IMG/VR virus record: IMGVR_UViG_3300030708_001600
Coordinates: 1-38,906 of that record
Strand: one strand, 5' to 3'
Origin: a virus
Taxonomy: Duplodnaviria; Caudoviricetes
Length of the DNA: 38,906 bases
This document shows, one piece after another, positions 6,872 to 15,897 of this stretch (positions are counted from its first letter, which is position 1; each line of letters begins with the position of its first letter). A model generated the notes under the pieces. It had not been told where the DNA came from, did no database searches, and saw only the letters and a list, made by a program, of their open reading frames with translations. The translations under genes were made by a program, and so were the position numbers.

Positions 6872-7324
6872 ATGGCTGAATTACAAAAAGACCAAATGCT
6901 TCTTTCTGAAGTATTGCAAAAGGTATCTAATGCTAAAACAAAAGCACAGAAGATCAAAATTCTAAAAGAACTTCGTACTGATGCCCTTGTCTCTATCCTG
7001 ATTTGGAACTATGATGACAGTGTAAAGTCCATGCTCCCTGAGGGGGATGTACCTTACACACCAAATGATGCACCAGTTGGTACAGAACACACTCGTCTTC
7101 TGCAAGAGTATCGTAAACTGTTCCACTTTGTAAAAGGTGGTAATGACTCACTGCAGAGAACTACTCGCGAAAGGATGTTCATCCAAATGCTTGAAGGTCT
7201 CAGTGCTGCTGAAGCATCACTTATCTGTTTAGTGAAAGATAAAAAACTTCAGAAGAAATACAAAGTAACCAAAGCTTGTATTGATGAGGCATACCCCGAC
7301 ATCGAGTGGGGGAATCGCAGTTGA
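6872..7324 (+). CDS. conserved T4-like phage hypothetical protein
   Basis: LPEGDVPY...RERMFIQMLEGL...EA motif. Confidence 0.85.
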   Translation: MAELQKDQMLLSEVLQKVSNAKTKAQKIKILKELRTDALVSILIWNYDDSVKSMLPEGDVPYTPNDAPVGTEHTRLLQEYRKLFHFVKGGNDSLQRTTRERMFIQMLEGLSAAEASLICLVKDKKLQKKYKVTKACIDEAYPDIEWGNRS

Positions 7325-7578
7325 AGAAAGGAGTAAAGATTCTCCATAAAAAATGCCATCCAGACCTCGCTCAAGACAGATCTCTGCCTTATACAGCCTA
7401 CTTGGTGACATATGTTGAAGATGGAGAGACTAGTTACGATATCGCAACCTGCAGTAAACAGGTAGAATTATTTGATTATTATTGGGATCTTTATAGACAT
7501 GACTTTAAGAGATTCGATCAAACTGAAGGAAGAGTCAATCCGAAACTTTGGAACCCAAAGAAGGATGAAAAAAAATGA
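7306..7578 (+). CDS. conserved cyanophage hypothetical protein (start uncertain)
   Basis: LPYTAYLV.Y...FDYYWD...GRVNPKLW. Confidence 0.75.
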   Translation: MGESQLKKGVKILHKKCHPDLAQDRSLPYTAYLVTYVEDGETSYDIATCSKQVELFDYYWDLYRHDFKRFDQTEGRVNPKLWNPKKDEKK

Positions 7579-7739
7579 AAACCTTAGATGTTGCTTTAGT
7601 ACAATTCTTTCGTAGAGTTGAAGTGATCACCGCTATGGAGATGGGTGGTAAGATCTCATCAGAAGAGGCTTACCAACGAATCAAAATCGAGATGAAACTA
7701 CTAAAGAAAAATAGAAAACATATCAACAAAGCCTCCTAA
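7575..7739 (+). CDS. small hypothetical protein (54 aa)
   Basis: Hand-translated, F.RRVE.I.AME.GGKIS.EEAYQRIK; ATGA overlap with previous gene. Confidence 0.75.
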   Translation: MKTLDVALVQFFRRVEVITAMEMGGKISSEEAYQRIKIEMKLLKKNRKHINKAS

Positions 7740-7752
7740 CGGAGGTTTTTTC
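7728..7752 (+). terminator. rho-independent terminator
   Basis: GCCTCC-TAAC-GGAGGT followed by T run. Confidence 0.75.
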
Positions 7753-7781
7753 TTGACATAATAAGCGCTTAATGTTAGAAT
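7753..7781 (+). promoter_or_regulatory. sigma70-type promoter for the thyX operon
   Basis: TTGACA-N17-TAGAAT. Confidence 0.75.
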
Positions 7782-7803
7782 TACATCATGTTCGGAGAAA
7801 ACT

Positions 7804-8442
7804 ATGACGGTTAAACTTGTCTCGGTCACACCTGATGCTGAGAAGACAATGGCTTATGTTGCTAGGGTTTCCAATCCTAACAACCAACCCAACCCCAACT
7901 ATGCGGGTCTGCTTCGTTACTGCATCAAACATCAACACTGGTCTGTGTTTGAACAAGCATTCATGACTCTGGAGATTGAGACTACCCGTGGTATCGCAGC
8001 CCAGATCCTACGTCATCGTAGCTTCACATATCAGGAATTTTCACAACGGTATGCAGATGTAAGTCTGTTGACCGACAACATTCCGATTCCTGAACTACGC
8101 CGTCAAGATACTAAGAATCGTCAGAACTCAACTGATGACCTCCCTCCTGGTGTTGTTGAACAGTATCAGAAAAAGATCCAGAAACACTTTGATGATGCTT
8201 CTGCACTCTATCAAAACCTTCTGGATGTGGGAGTCGCAAAAGAGTGTGCTCGCTTTGTCCTGCCTCTCGCTTGTCCGACTCGTATCTACATGACCGGCAG
8301 TGTTCGGTCTTGGCTTCATTACATCGATCTGAGGTCCGCCCACGGTACTCAGAAAGAACACATGGACATCGCTAATGCATGTCGTGACATTTTCAAAGAA
8401 CAATTCCCAATTGTTTCTGAGGCGATGGAATGGAATACATGA
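7804..8442 (+). CDS. thyX: flavin-dependent thymidylate synthase
   Basis: HWSVFE, QILRHRSFTYQEFSQRY (RHRx7S), AKECARFVLP. Confidence 0.97.
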   Translation: MTVKLVSVTPDAEKTMAYVARVSNPNNQPNPNYAGLLRYCIKHQHWSVFEQAFMTLEIETTRGIAAQILRHRSFTYQEFSQRYADVSLLTDNIPIPELRRQDTKNRQNSTDDLPPGVVEQYQKKIQKHFDDASALYQNLLDVGVAKECARFVLPLACPTRIYMTGSVRSWLHYIDLRSAHGTQKEHMDIANACRDIFKEQFPIVSEAMEWNT

Positions 8443-8927
8443 TCTATGATGATTTCCTCCCTGAAGATTTGTTTGTACAAGTCAGGGATGCAATCATCAA
8501 TCCCAATTTCCCCATGTATTATCAGATCACTACAGCGACTGATAAAGAACGACAAGATGAAATTAGTTTTGCCCATACTCTTTATAGAGACTATGGACCA
8601 ACTAGTAGTAATTTTGATATTCTAAAGTTGTTGATTGGTCAAAGTGATATCATTGATTGTAAATCTATTTTGAGATCAAAGATCAATTGCTATCCTAGAA
8701 CTGAGAAACTTGTCGAACATGATCTACACACTGATTATGATTTCCCACATAAAGGTTTCTTATATTACTTGAATACTTGTGATGGGTATACTATACTGAA
8801 TAATGGAGAGGATACTGTAGACAGCGTTGAAAATCGACTTTTGGTTTTTGATCCTTCTATCCCACACGCATCCACATCATGCACTGATGAAAAGTGTAGA
8901 TGGAACATTATTATGAATTACTTATGA
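8430..8927 (+). CDS. 2OG-Fe(II) oxygenase-family protein
   Basis: HTD...LYYLNTCDGYT...ENRLLVFD...H...R pattern. Confidence 0.85.
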   Translation: MEYMIYDDFLPEDLFVQVRDAIINPNFPMYYQITTATDKERQDEISFAHTLYRDYGPTSSNFDILKLLIGQSDIIDCKSILRSKINCYPRTEKLVEHDLHTDYDFPHKGFLYYLNTCDGYTILNNGEDTVDSVENRLLVFDPSIPHASTSCTDEKCRWNIIMNYL

Positions 8928-9451
8928 ACATCTTTGTGACTGACCCTGACCCTGTTGCCTGTGCTAAAGTTCTCCCTGATAAACACATTGTTAAGATGCC
9001 ACTTGAATGCTGTCAAATGCTATCTATTGTTGCATCTGACAAGTGGGGTCATGGATTTGGTACGCTTCCGAAAGCAGACGGTAACCCTTATGCGACTGAG
9101 AAGGGTGCATTCCGTAATCATCCTTGTACTAAATGGGCAAATGACTATGTACTCAACTGGAGGTGGTTGATTCGTCATGGTCTTGCCCTATGTGAAGAGT
9201 ATTCACATAGATACCAAAAGATCCATACCTGTCTTACTGCACTATCACATGCAAACCAAATTTTCCCGTTTGGAGATCCTACAGGTAGATCTGGAAAACA
9301 CCCTAAACCCTTTGTTCGCGCTATGCCAGATGAGTTTAAACTTGACACAAGCATCGACACTTTTACTGCTTACAAGATGTACATTAGCAGCAAACCTTGG
9401 GTTGCATCTAATTATCTTCGTGACCCATCCAGAAAGCCCGATTGGGTCTGA
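8924..9451 (+). CDS. pyrimidine-dimer DNA glycosylase / DenV-like family protein
   Basis: MNIF...DKHIVKMPLE.CQMLS, NHPCTKW, AMPDEFK motifs; start at second ATG. Confidence 0.75.
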   Translation: MNIFVTDPDPVACAKVLPDKHIVKMPLECCQMLSIVASDKWGHGFGTLPKADGNPYATEKGAFRNHPCTKWANDYVLNWRWLIRHGLALCEEYSHRYQKIHTCLTALSHANQIFPFGDPTGRSGKHPKPFVRAMPDEFKLDTSIDTFTAYKMYISSKPWVASNYLRDPSRKPDWV

Positions 9452-9454
9452 GTC

Positions 9455-9790
9455 ATGAGACATATTTTATTTACTTTAAAAGAATGTCCACACTACCTCC
9501 TAGATGATGAAGCACATATTCGTGAATCCTTAGTTGCTGCTGCAATACTTGCAGAGAGTACACTTCTAGACTTGTCATCACACAAGTTTGATCCACAAGG
9601 AGTCACTGCGGTTGCTTTACTTGCTGAGTCACACATCAGCATACATACATGGCCCGAAAAAGGTATGGCTGTCTGTGATGTATTTACTTGCGGGGATCAC
9701 ACTAAACCAGAATCCGCTGCAAAGTATCTGTATCAAGTCATGGGTGCCAAAGATTCGGTCTCTGAAACCTTCACCAGACCATTGCACTAA
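9455..9790 (+). CDS. speD: pyruvoyl-dependent S-adenosylmethionine decarboxylase-family proenzyme
   Basis: F.PQGVT...LLAESHISIHTWPE...DVFTCG. Confidence 0.93.
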   Translation: MRHILFTLKECPHYLLDDEAHIRESLVAAAILAESTLLDLSSHKFDPQGVTAVALLAESHISIHTWPEKGMAVCDVFTCGDHTKPESAAKYLYQVMGAKDSVSETFTRPLH

Positions 9791-9813
9791 ATAAAACTAC
9801 ACCATTTAAGATT

Positions 9814-10047
9814 ATGCCCACATACCCTGTTGTCAATAAAGTGACTGGAGAAAAACAAGAACTCCGAATGTCTATGCAGGAATACTGCACCTGGAAGGAT
9901 GAGAATCCAGACTGGGATAAAGATTGGTCTGCAGGGGTTGCAGGCGTCGCCGAAGCTGGTGAATGGAAAAACAAAGTTGACGGTGGATTCAAAGATGTCT
10001 TGACGAATATCAAGAACCACCATCCAGGCGCCACATTTGAAGTCTAA
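9814..10047 (+). CDS. conserved T4-like hypothetical protein (MPTY...TGE family)
   Basis: 77-aa ORF; ACTAAATA late-promoter-like site at 9786-9793. Confidence 0.8.
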   Translation: MPTYPVVNKVTGEKQELRMSMQEYCTWKDENPDWDKDWSAGVAGVAEAGEWKNKVDGGFKDVLTNIKNHHPGATFEV

Positions 10048-10055
10048 ACAAAACT

Positions 10056-10796
10056 ATGCCAAGAAAGAAGAAATCTCTCGCTGATACTAGCGCAAAGGTA
10101 ATGCGTCGTAAGAAACCGATCAATAATGATCAACTTCTTGACATTTCGCCACTTACCCCAACACAAGATAAAGTGTTTGAGGAGTGGACTAAGGACAAAA
10201 ACCTTTGTCTCTATGGTGCTGCAGGTACAGGTAAAACATTTGTTGCTCTGTATCTTGCACTGAAGTCTGTTCTAGATGAGAACACTCCCTATGAGAAGAT
10301 CTATATCGTCAGATCTCTTGTAGCAACCCGTGAGATTGGTTTCCTTCCTGGTGACCATGATGACAAAGCTGCATTGTATCAGATTCCATATAAGAACATG
10401 GTTCAATACATGTTCGAGATGCCTTCTGATTCAGACTTTGACATTCTCTATGATAAACTGAAAGAACAGGAAACTATTTCGTTCTGGTCTACCAGTTTCA
10501 TTCGTGGTACTACCCTTGATAACTCTATTGTTATCATTGATGAGATGCAGAACTTGAATTTCCATGAACTTGATAGTATAATTACAAGGTGTGGTCAAGA
10601 CACCAAGATTATTTTCTCTGGTGATGCTGTACAGTCCGACCTTCAGAAGACTAACGAACGTAATGGTATTCTAAATTTCATGAGTATCATTCGGAACATG
10701 GAAGAGTTCAGTTGTATTGAATTCGATATCCAAGACATTGTTCGTTCTGGCCTGGTCCGAAGTTATCTTGTCGCGAAAATTGAAGCAGGATTTTGA
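10056..10796 (+). CDS. phoH: PhoH-family ATPase
   Basis: GAAGTGKT, REIGFLPG, FIRGTT, IIDEMQN, GD..QSD, DIVRSGLV. Confidence 0.97.
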   Translation: MPRKKKSLADTSAKVMRRKKPINNDQLLDISPLTPTQDKVFEEWTKDKNLCLYGAAGTGKTFVALYLALKSVLDENTPYEKIYIVRSLVATREIGFLPGDHDDKAALYQIPYKNMVQYMFEMPSDSDFDILYDKLKEQETISFWSTSFIRGTTLDNSIVIIDEMQNLNFHELDSIITRCGQDTKIIFSGDAVQSDLQKTNERNGILNFMSIIRNMEEFSCIEFDIQDIVRSGLVRSYLVAKIEAGF

Positions 10797-11458
10797 TGTT
10801 TGAACATGTTGAACTCGATCTCCCTGCTAAACTTAAACGCGAGGAGATCGACGGTAAGAGATACTATCGATTACCTGATGATGATGTAACTAAATTAGTT
10901 TCCATCACTACGGTTACTAGTTTCCAATCTAGAAAAGCAATTGCAAAGTGGCGCCGTAAAGTCGGTGAATCAGAAGCAAACAAAATTTCTAGTCGTGCTG
11001 CAAGTCGTGGGACTGATATGCACACACTGGTTGAACACTACTTAAAGAACGAACCAATCCCAGAGAAACAACCACTCTCTGAATTCTTATTTAAGTTTGC
11101 TAAACCAAAACTAAACAACCTAAACAAAATCCACGCTTTAGAAAAGTCCCTATATAGTAAGAGACTTGGCGTAGCAGGAACTGTTGACTGCATTGCAGAG
11201 TACAATGGTGAACTCGCTATAGTTGACTTCAAGACTTCAAAGGAACCAAAACCTAGAGAATGGATTGAGAATTACTTCGTACAAGCTGTTGGATATGCTT
11301 GTATGTTGTATGAATTGACTGGTATTTCAGTCAAAAAACTTGTTATCATTATGTCATGTGAAAATGGAGAGTGCGCTGTCTATGAAGAGTACGACAAACA
11401 AAAGTATATTCGATTACTTATGCAGTACATCCGTAACTGGAAAGAATTTAATGAGTAG
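10793..11458 (+). CDS. PD-(D/E)xK exonuclease
   Basis: SITTV, RGT.MH...E, AGTVDC, IVDFKTS, Q..GY motifs. Confidence 0.9.
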   Translation: MMFEHVELDLPAKLKREEIDGKRYYRLPDDDVTKLVSITTVTSFQSRKAIAKWRRKVGESEANKISSRAASRGTDMHTLVEHYLKNEPIPEKQPLSEFLFKFAKPKLNNLNKIHALEKSLYSKRLGVAGTVDCIAEYNGELAIVDFKTSKEPKPREWIENYFVQAVGYACMLYELTGISVKKLVIIMSCENGECAVYEEYDKQKYIRLLMQYIRNWKEFNE

Positions 11459-11720
11459 ACAAAAGGACGAACTAGAGAACTTGCTCGAGGGTAAGTTCTT
11501 AACTGCCTCTAAGTTCTCTCTGGAGATCGAAGAGATTGTTCGTGACTGCAAAGGTGAACTTAATTACATCGAAGCTATCATTTGCTACTGCGAAGAAAAC
11601 CAGATCGAGTTGGAATCTGTAAACAAACTGATTTCCAAACCACTCAAAGAAAAGATCCGTGCTGACGCACAGAGATTGAATTGCATCAAACGAACCACTC
11701 GCGCTAAATTGCCGCTGTGA
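11451..11720 (+). CDS. gp33: late-transcription coactivator gp33
   Basis: F..EIE.IV...NYIEAI..YCEEN.IE.E...KLISKPLKEKI; position before gene 59; start at ATG 11451. Confidence 0.9.
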   Translation: MSRQKDELENLLEGKFLTASKFSLEIEEIVRDCKGELNYIEAIICYCEENQIELESVNKLISKPLKEKIRADAQRLNCIKRTTRAKLPL

Positions 11721-12310
11721 CGGGGTTTGAAGTATACAAAACCTATCTAGCAATCAAATTACATTTTACAAAGGACGACTACAATTACTTTACTTTCAAT
11801 GGGAAGTCAAGGGCATCTGAGTCGTCCTTTGAAAAAAGAAAAGACAGATACTTTTTCAAGAAACTTGCTACTAAGTTTGACAAAGATACTATCTTACAGT
11901 TCTTTGTGTCTCATTTTGTAGAGAATAGTAGTACATGGATTGGTGATCTATCTGTATACAACTCTTCCACATATAATGCTTGGAAGAAAAAGATTCAATC
12001 TATGACATTCATGTTTGAGAATGATATAGATTATCTTATTGACATCTGTAATTTTGAAGATTTATTTGATTGTAAATCTGGTAATCATCCTATACTATTG
12101 CAAGCGTATCTTGGTGATAGAGTAACTCTAGAATCCATGGTAATATTGAATGCTCTGGTCAAATATATTCCTGACTTTGATAAGAAGATCAAGGAACCTA
12201 TTGTATGGGCAGAGGTAAGAAAGAAGGTAGTGAAATACGAACCTTTTCTTTCTATAGACAAGACTAAATATAAGCGTATCCTATTACAAAAACTCGATGG
12301 CATTCTTTGA
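11717..12310 (+). CDS. gp59: helicase loader gp59
   Basis: YKTYLAIKLHFT...Y.YF...F.KRKDRYFF.KL. Confidence 0.92.
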   Translation: MTGFEVYKTYLAIKLHFTKDDYNYFTFNGKSRASESSFEKRKDRYFFKKLATKFDKDTILQFFVSHFVENSSTWIGDLSVYNSSTYNAWKKKIQSMTFMFENDIDYLIDICNFEDLFDCKSGNHPILLQAYLGDRVTLESMVILNALVKYIPDFDKKIKEPIVWAEVRKKVVKYEPFLSIDKTKYKRILLQKLDGIL

Positions 12311-12626
12311 TGAGGTTCCCATCCGTGCTGAAGCTGCAGAACTCTTTGATTTATATCAAAGTATGATGCGTCTCAGTGTGGGTGGGTTGTATAATATGGA
12401 ACAGAAGCAAGATTACCTAGACAAAATGACTAGGATTGTTGAACTGCAAAAGATCATGTACTTCAGAGCAAAATACTCTGAGGAAGATGATGCATTTGAA
12501 TTCATCCAACACATGAAGCAATGCTCTAGAGTCTTGGGATACGATGGTGATGTAGATGAGGTCTTCACCGCTATGGAGTCGGACCTCAACAAAGCTCAAC
12601 AAGCACTTAATATGGGAGACACTTGA
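12297..12626 (+). CDS. conserved cyanophage hypothetical protein
   Basis: 109-aa helical ORF between genes 59 and 32. Confidence 0.8.
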   Translation: MAFFDEVPIRAEAAELFDLYQSMMRLSVGGLYNMEQKQDYLDKMTRIVELQKIMYFRAKYSEEDDAFEFIQHMKQCSRVLGYDGDVDEVFTAMESDLNKAQQALNMGDT

Positions 12627-12651
12627 CTCCCACCCTACAACCTGTTATAAT
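12623..12651 (+). promoter_or_regulatory. sigma70-type promoter for gene 32
   Basis: TTGACT-N17-TATAAT with TG extension. Confidence 0.8.
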
Positions 12652-12705
12652 GATTTCGTGGACAACACCACACAAGCCAAATACTAACAAATACGGAGAA
12701 CACAC

Positions 12706-13626
12706 ATGTCTTTTTCTTCCCTCAAGCGCGACTCTGCTTCCGCTTTTGAAAAACTGACTCGCGAACTGGAAAAGGTTTCATCTGGAGACGGTGCATCGAA
12801 CAGAGATGACAACCTTTGGAAACCAGAAATGGATAAGTCAGGTAACGGTTATGCAGTGATTCGCTTCCTGCCCGCGCCCGATGGTGAAGATCTGCCTTGG
12901 GCAAAGATCTTTAGTCATGCATTCCAAGGTCCTGGTGGATGGTATATTGAAAACTCTTTGACTACCATTGGTAAGTCTGACCCTGTTGGTGACATGAATC
13001 GCCAACTCTGGAACAGTGGTTCTGATCGCGACAAGGAAACTGCTCGCAAACAGAAACGCAAACTGTCCTACTACTCTAACATCTATGTTGTTCAGGATCC
13101 TCTGCATCCTGAGAACGAAGGTAAGGTCTTCCTCTACAAGTATGGTAAGAAGATCCATGACAAGATTGTTGAAGCAATGCAACCTGCATTTGCAGACGAG
13201 ACTCCCATCAATCCCTTTGACTTCTGGAAGGGTGCTAACTTCAAACTGAAGATTCGCAAACTTGATGGTTACTGGAACTATGACAAGTCTGAGTTCGATT
13301 CTCCTTCGACTCTCGGTAAGTTTGATGATGATCAACTCGAAGCAATCTACAAGTCCCAGTATTCTCTCGCAGAACTGACTGCTGCAGACAAGTTCAAGAC
13401 CTACGAAGAACTTGAGAAACGCATGAATACTGTGCTGAACACCAAGAAAGCACCTCGTATTGATCCCGAGACTGCTGAAGATGAGAACGAAGGTCGCGGT
13501 TACGATCACGCTAGTGATAGTTTCAACGCTCCTGATATCACACCTACATCTGTAGTTCCTCAGATGACTGCAGAAGAAAGTGAAGAGGATGCAATGTCTT
13601 ACTTCGCTCGTCTTGCTGAAGAATGA
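12706..13626 (+). CDS. gp32: single-stranded DNA-binding protein gp32
   Basis: DKSGNGYAVIRFLPAP, WYIENSLTT, GANFKLKI, NYDKSEF, acidic tail. Confidence 0.98.
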   Translation: MSFSSLKRDSASAFEKLTRELEKVSSGDGASNRDDNLWKPEMDKSGNGYAVIRFLPAPDGEDLPWAKIFSHAFQGPGGWYIENSLTTIGKSDPVGDMNRQLWNSGSDRDKETARKQKRKLSYYSNIYVVQDPLHPENEGKVFLYKYGKKIHDKIVEAMQPAFADETPINPFDFWKGANFKLKIRKLDGYWNYDKSEFDSPSTLGKFDDDQLEAIYKSQYSLAELTAADKFKTYEELEKRMNTVLNTKKAPRIDPETAEDENEGRGYDHASDSFNAPDITPTSVVPQMTAEESEEDAMSYFARLAEE

Positions 13627-13632
13627 TAAATA
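13625..13632 (+). promoter_or_regulatory. late-promoter-like site
   Basis: GATAAATA overlapping the gene 32 stop. Confidence 0.45.
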
Positions 13633-13685
13633 GTTGTGTCACTCTTTCGTGCGTGACACTCTACGAATAGGAATATCGCTTTAAT

Positions 13686-13712
13686 GAGGGGGTTAACCAC
13701 CCCTCTTTTTTT
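13686..13712 (+). terminator. rho-independent terminator between convergent genes 32 and 53
   Basis: GAGGGG...CCCCTC followed by T7. Confidence 0.85.
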
Positions 13713-14415
13713 ATGATCTGACGAATGGTTCGGAGATTCTTAAACCTTCCCTACTAACTTTATAGTCAGTATTATATTCAAGCAGCTTCTCCAGTTCTTC
13801 TTCTAGTAGACTTAGATATCTCTTTCTAGGAATAATAATATCTCTTTTATTTTCGTTCTGTTCATATTCATACTCTCTGTTGGTAACTGCAGTAAGACCT
13901 TGTGCGGCGGATACAGAGTTCACAACTTGTGTAGTTACACCATTAGTTGTAGAAGTTGTGTAGTATTCAAACGACCAGTCAGGTAAATATCCAGATGCTT
14001 GTTGTGCAGTAGTTTCTGCATATTCAACAATCACACCCTGTCTTAATACTTCACCCAAACTACTATCAACTACTTTATCAGTTTCCCAGTGACGAATCTT
14101 ATCAACGTTACCAGCACCATACTTTGTTTCCATGTAGTCTTCTAATTCATCGGGTTCCATGGGCCACTCAGAATGAATATCTGTGATATTATTCATCAAC
14201 AAAATAGTCCAATAGTAACTAGAGTCATTATATTGTTTGAATGCAAGTTGTTCTACAGTCTCTCCTGGTAGAATATTATAAGGAACTGATGAACTAAACA
14301 CCGCATTAAAACCATCACGAGCTCTTACTCTACGAAATAAGTTCTTCGATAGTTTAAAATTATTTTTATCCTTGAAATCAGGATATAAAAAATCTGGTTG
14401 GGAATTGAAAAACAT
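13711..14415 (-). CDS. gp53: baseplate wedge subunit gp53
   Basis: NLFRRV, Y.I..GE..E.LA...Y....YYW.ILL.NNI.D...EWP, TNREYE...NE.KR.I. Confidence 0.92.
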   Translation of the reverse strand: MFFNSQPDFLYPDFKDKNNFKLSKNLFRRVRARDGFNAVFSSSVPYNILPGETVEQLAFKQYNDSSYYWTILLMNNITDIHSEWPMEPDELEDYMETKYGAGNVDKIRHWETDKVVDSSLGEVLRQGVIVEYAETTAQQASGYLPDWSFEYYTTSTTNGVTTQVVNSVSAAQGLTAVTNREYEYEQNENKRDIIIPRKRYLSLLEEELEKLLEYNTDYKVSREGLRISEPFVRS

Positions 14416-14416
14416 T

Positions 14417-15424
14417 TTAGAAATTCTCGTTGATTACTTCGGTCTGTGTAATGATTTCTGTCTCGGTGAAATTCAATGTCATTGTGTATGCAACTGGATC
14501 TGCACCTTCATAAGTTGCCCAAATAGCATCAGGAGTGTAGTTGACAACAACTCCCGTCAAGATACATGGTTTGAGTCTTGGTAACGCTTCAATTTCTGCA
14601 CCATTGTTACCTTGATGCCAAGAGATTCTAAAGATCTTAGGGATTGTCAACCAACGATCTGATACAGATCCTGCATCATCACCATTACCAAGAGTTGCAG
14701 CGTAATCTGGTAACGCCATTGCTCTAAGTTTTTTGATAATTGCTTTGATCTTTGCGGTCTCGCCACTATTTCTAGGAACAAGTTTCCAATCAAATGTAAA
14801 CTGTCTCATGTTTACACCGTTGAATACCTGTTCGGTATATGGGTTTTGAATTCTACCGAATGCATTCTGTGTGATTTGATTCGCAGAACTACCACCCATC
14901 TGAGCAACAGAATCTAATGCACCCATTGCAAGACCAGTCTTACCAGCACCTGCAGCTGCTTGAAGAGTATCTGTAATTGCAGAGGATCCTTCGTTATTAA
15001 CAATTTGACTTGCTAATTTAGGAAGAACCTTTCCAAGGATACCAGAGTTCTGTGTATAGTTTGGATTGTCAGCGTAATTTACATTTGCTGGTACAGGTAA
15101 AATCACTGTACCATGTGGTGCTGCATTAATCTTTGTCTTGGATTGTGTGTTACCAAGAAAACTAGTAGTACTAACTACATCATTAGATACACCTGACTCA
15201 CTCTCTACTGCTTTCTGAACAATATCTTCTGCTGTTCCAGTAGTTGTAAAACTAATCTGAGATACTTTTACAAATTCTACAATATCAATCTGCATATAAT
15301 CATATCCACCACCTGATGGCCACTGCAAATCGCCAACAAGTCTATTTTTGCTGCCCAATTCACGTCTAACATTACTACTAAGTAATGCTAGAGCGTCTGG
15401 TATGGGGTACTGCTTCGATGCCAT
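14417..15424 (-). CDS. gp48: baseplate tail-tube cap gp48
   Basis: NPY.EQ.F.G...R.F.F.WKL.PRN..E...I..II, L.F.E.E. Confidence 0.9.
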   Translation of the reverse strand: MASKQYPIPDALALLSSNVRRELGSKNRLVGDLQWPSGGGYDYMQIDIVEFVKVSQISFTTTGTAEDIVQKAVESESGVSNDVVSTTSFLGNTQSKTKINAAPHGTVILPVPANVNYADNPNYTQNSGILGKVLPKLASQIVNNEGSSAITDTLQAAAGAGKTGLAMGALDSVAQMGGSSANQITQNAFGRIQNPYTEQVFNGVNMRQFTFDWKLVPRNSGETAKIKAIIKKLRAMALPDYAATLGNGDDAGSVSDRWLTIPKIFRISWHQGNNGAEIEALPRLKPCILTGVVVNYTPDAIWATYEGADPVAYTMTLNFTETEIITQTEVINENF

Positions 15425-15429
15425 AAATA
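15422..15429 (+). promoter_or_regulatory. late promoter for gene 4
   Basis: CATAAATA about 30 nt before the start. Confidence 0.55.
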
Positions 15430-15459
15430 TTTTTATGCGATCTATTCCTATAGCTATAT

Positions 15460-15897
15460 ATGAACACTTTGAAGGGTAGATATATTCCGAGGAACATTCG
15501 GAAGTATAGAGGAGACTACAAGAACATCATTTATCGTTCTTCATGGGAACTTAAGTTCATGAAATACTGTGATTTAAATGACAGTATTCTTGAATGGGGT
15601 AGTGAAGAAGTTGTAATTCCTTACAGGTCGCCTCTTGATAATAGAATTCATAGATATTTTGTTGACTTCTATATCAAAGTAGAAGACATGAATGGTCAAA
15701 TTAAAAAGTATCTGATTGAAGTCAAACCCAAAAGACAAACTGCTCCTCCACCAAAACCAAAGAGACAGACTAAAAGATACATCAGTGAAGTCACTGAGTA
15801 TGCAAAGAATCAGGCTAAATGGAAAGCCGCAACTGAATTCTGTGAAGACAGACAGTGGAGTTTTATGATAATTACCGAAGACGAACTTAAGGTATGA
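15460..15897 (+). CDS. gp4: head completion nuclease gp4
   Basis: KY.GD...I.YRSSWE, W.SEE..IPY.SP.D...HRYFVDF, EVKP, N.AKW.AA. Confidence 0.96.
   Translation: MNTLKGRYIPRNIRKYRGDYKNIIYRSSWELKFMKYCDLNDSILEWGSEEVVIPYRSPLDNRIHRYFVDFYIKVEDMNGQIKKYLIEVKPKRQTAPPPKPKRQTKRYISEVTEYAKNQAKWKAATEFCEDRQWSFMIITEDELKV

Noticed and set aside
11340-11450. Upstream extensions of gp33 (and likewise gp26 at 17079-17168)
   Set aside because: They overlap the preceding genes; family-like sequence begins at the downstream ATGs.
10793-11458. Exonuclease as Cas4 / CRISPR component
   Set aside because: No four-Cys Fe-S motif, no repeat-spacer array or other cas genes in the window; ordinary T4-like exonuclease next to phoH.
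12838-13509. 223-aa antisense ORF over gene 32
   Set aside because: Mirror frame of a strongly codon-biased gene; no RBS or motif.
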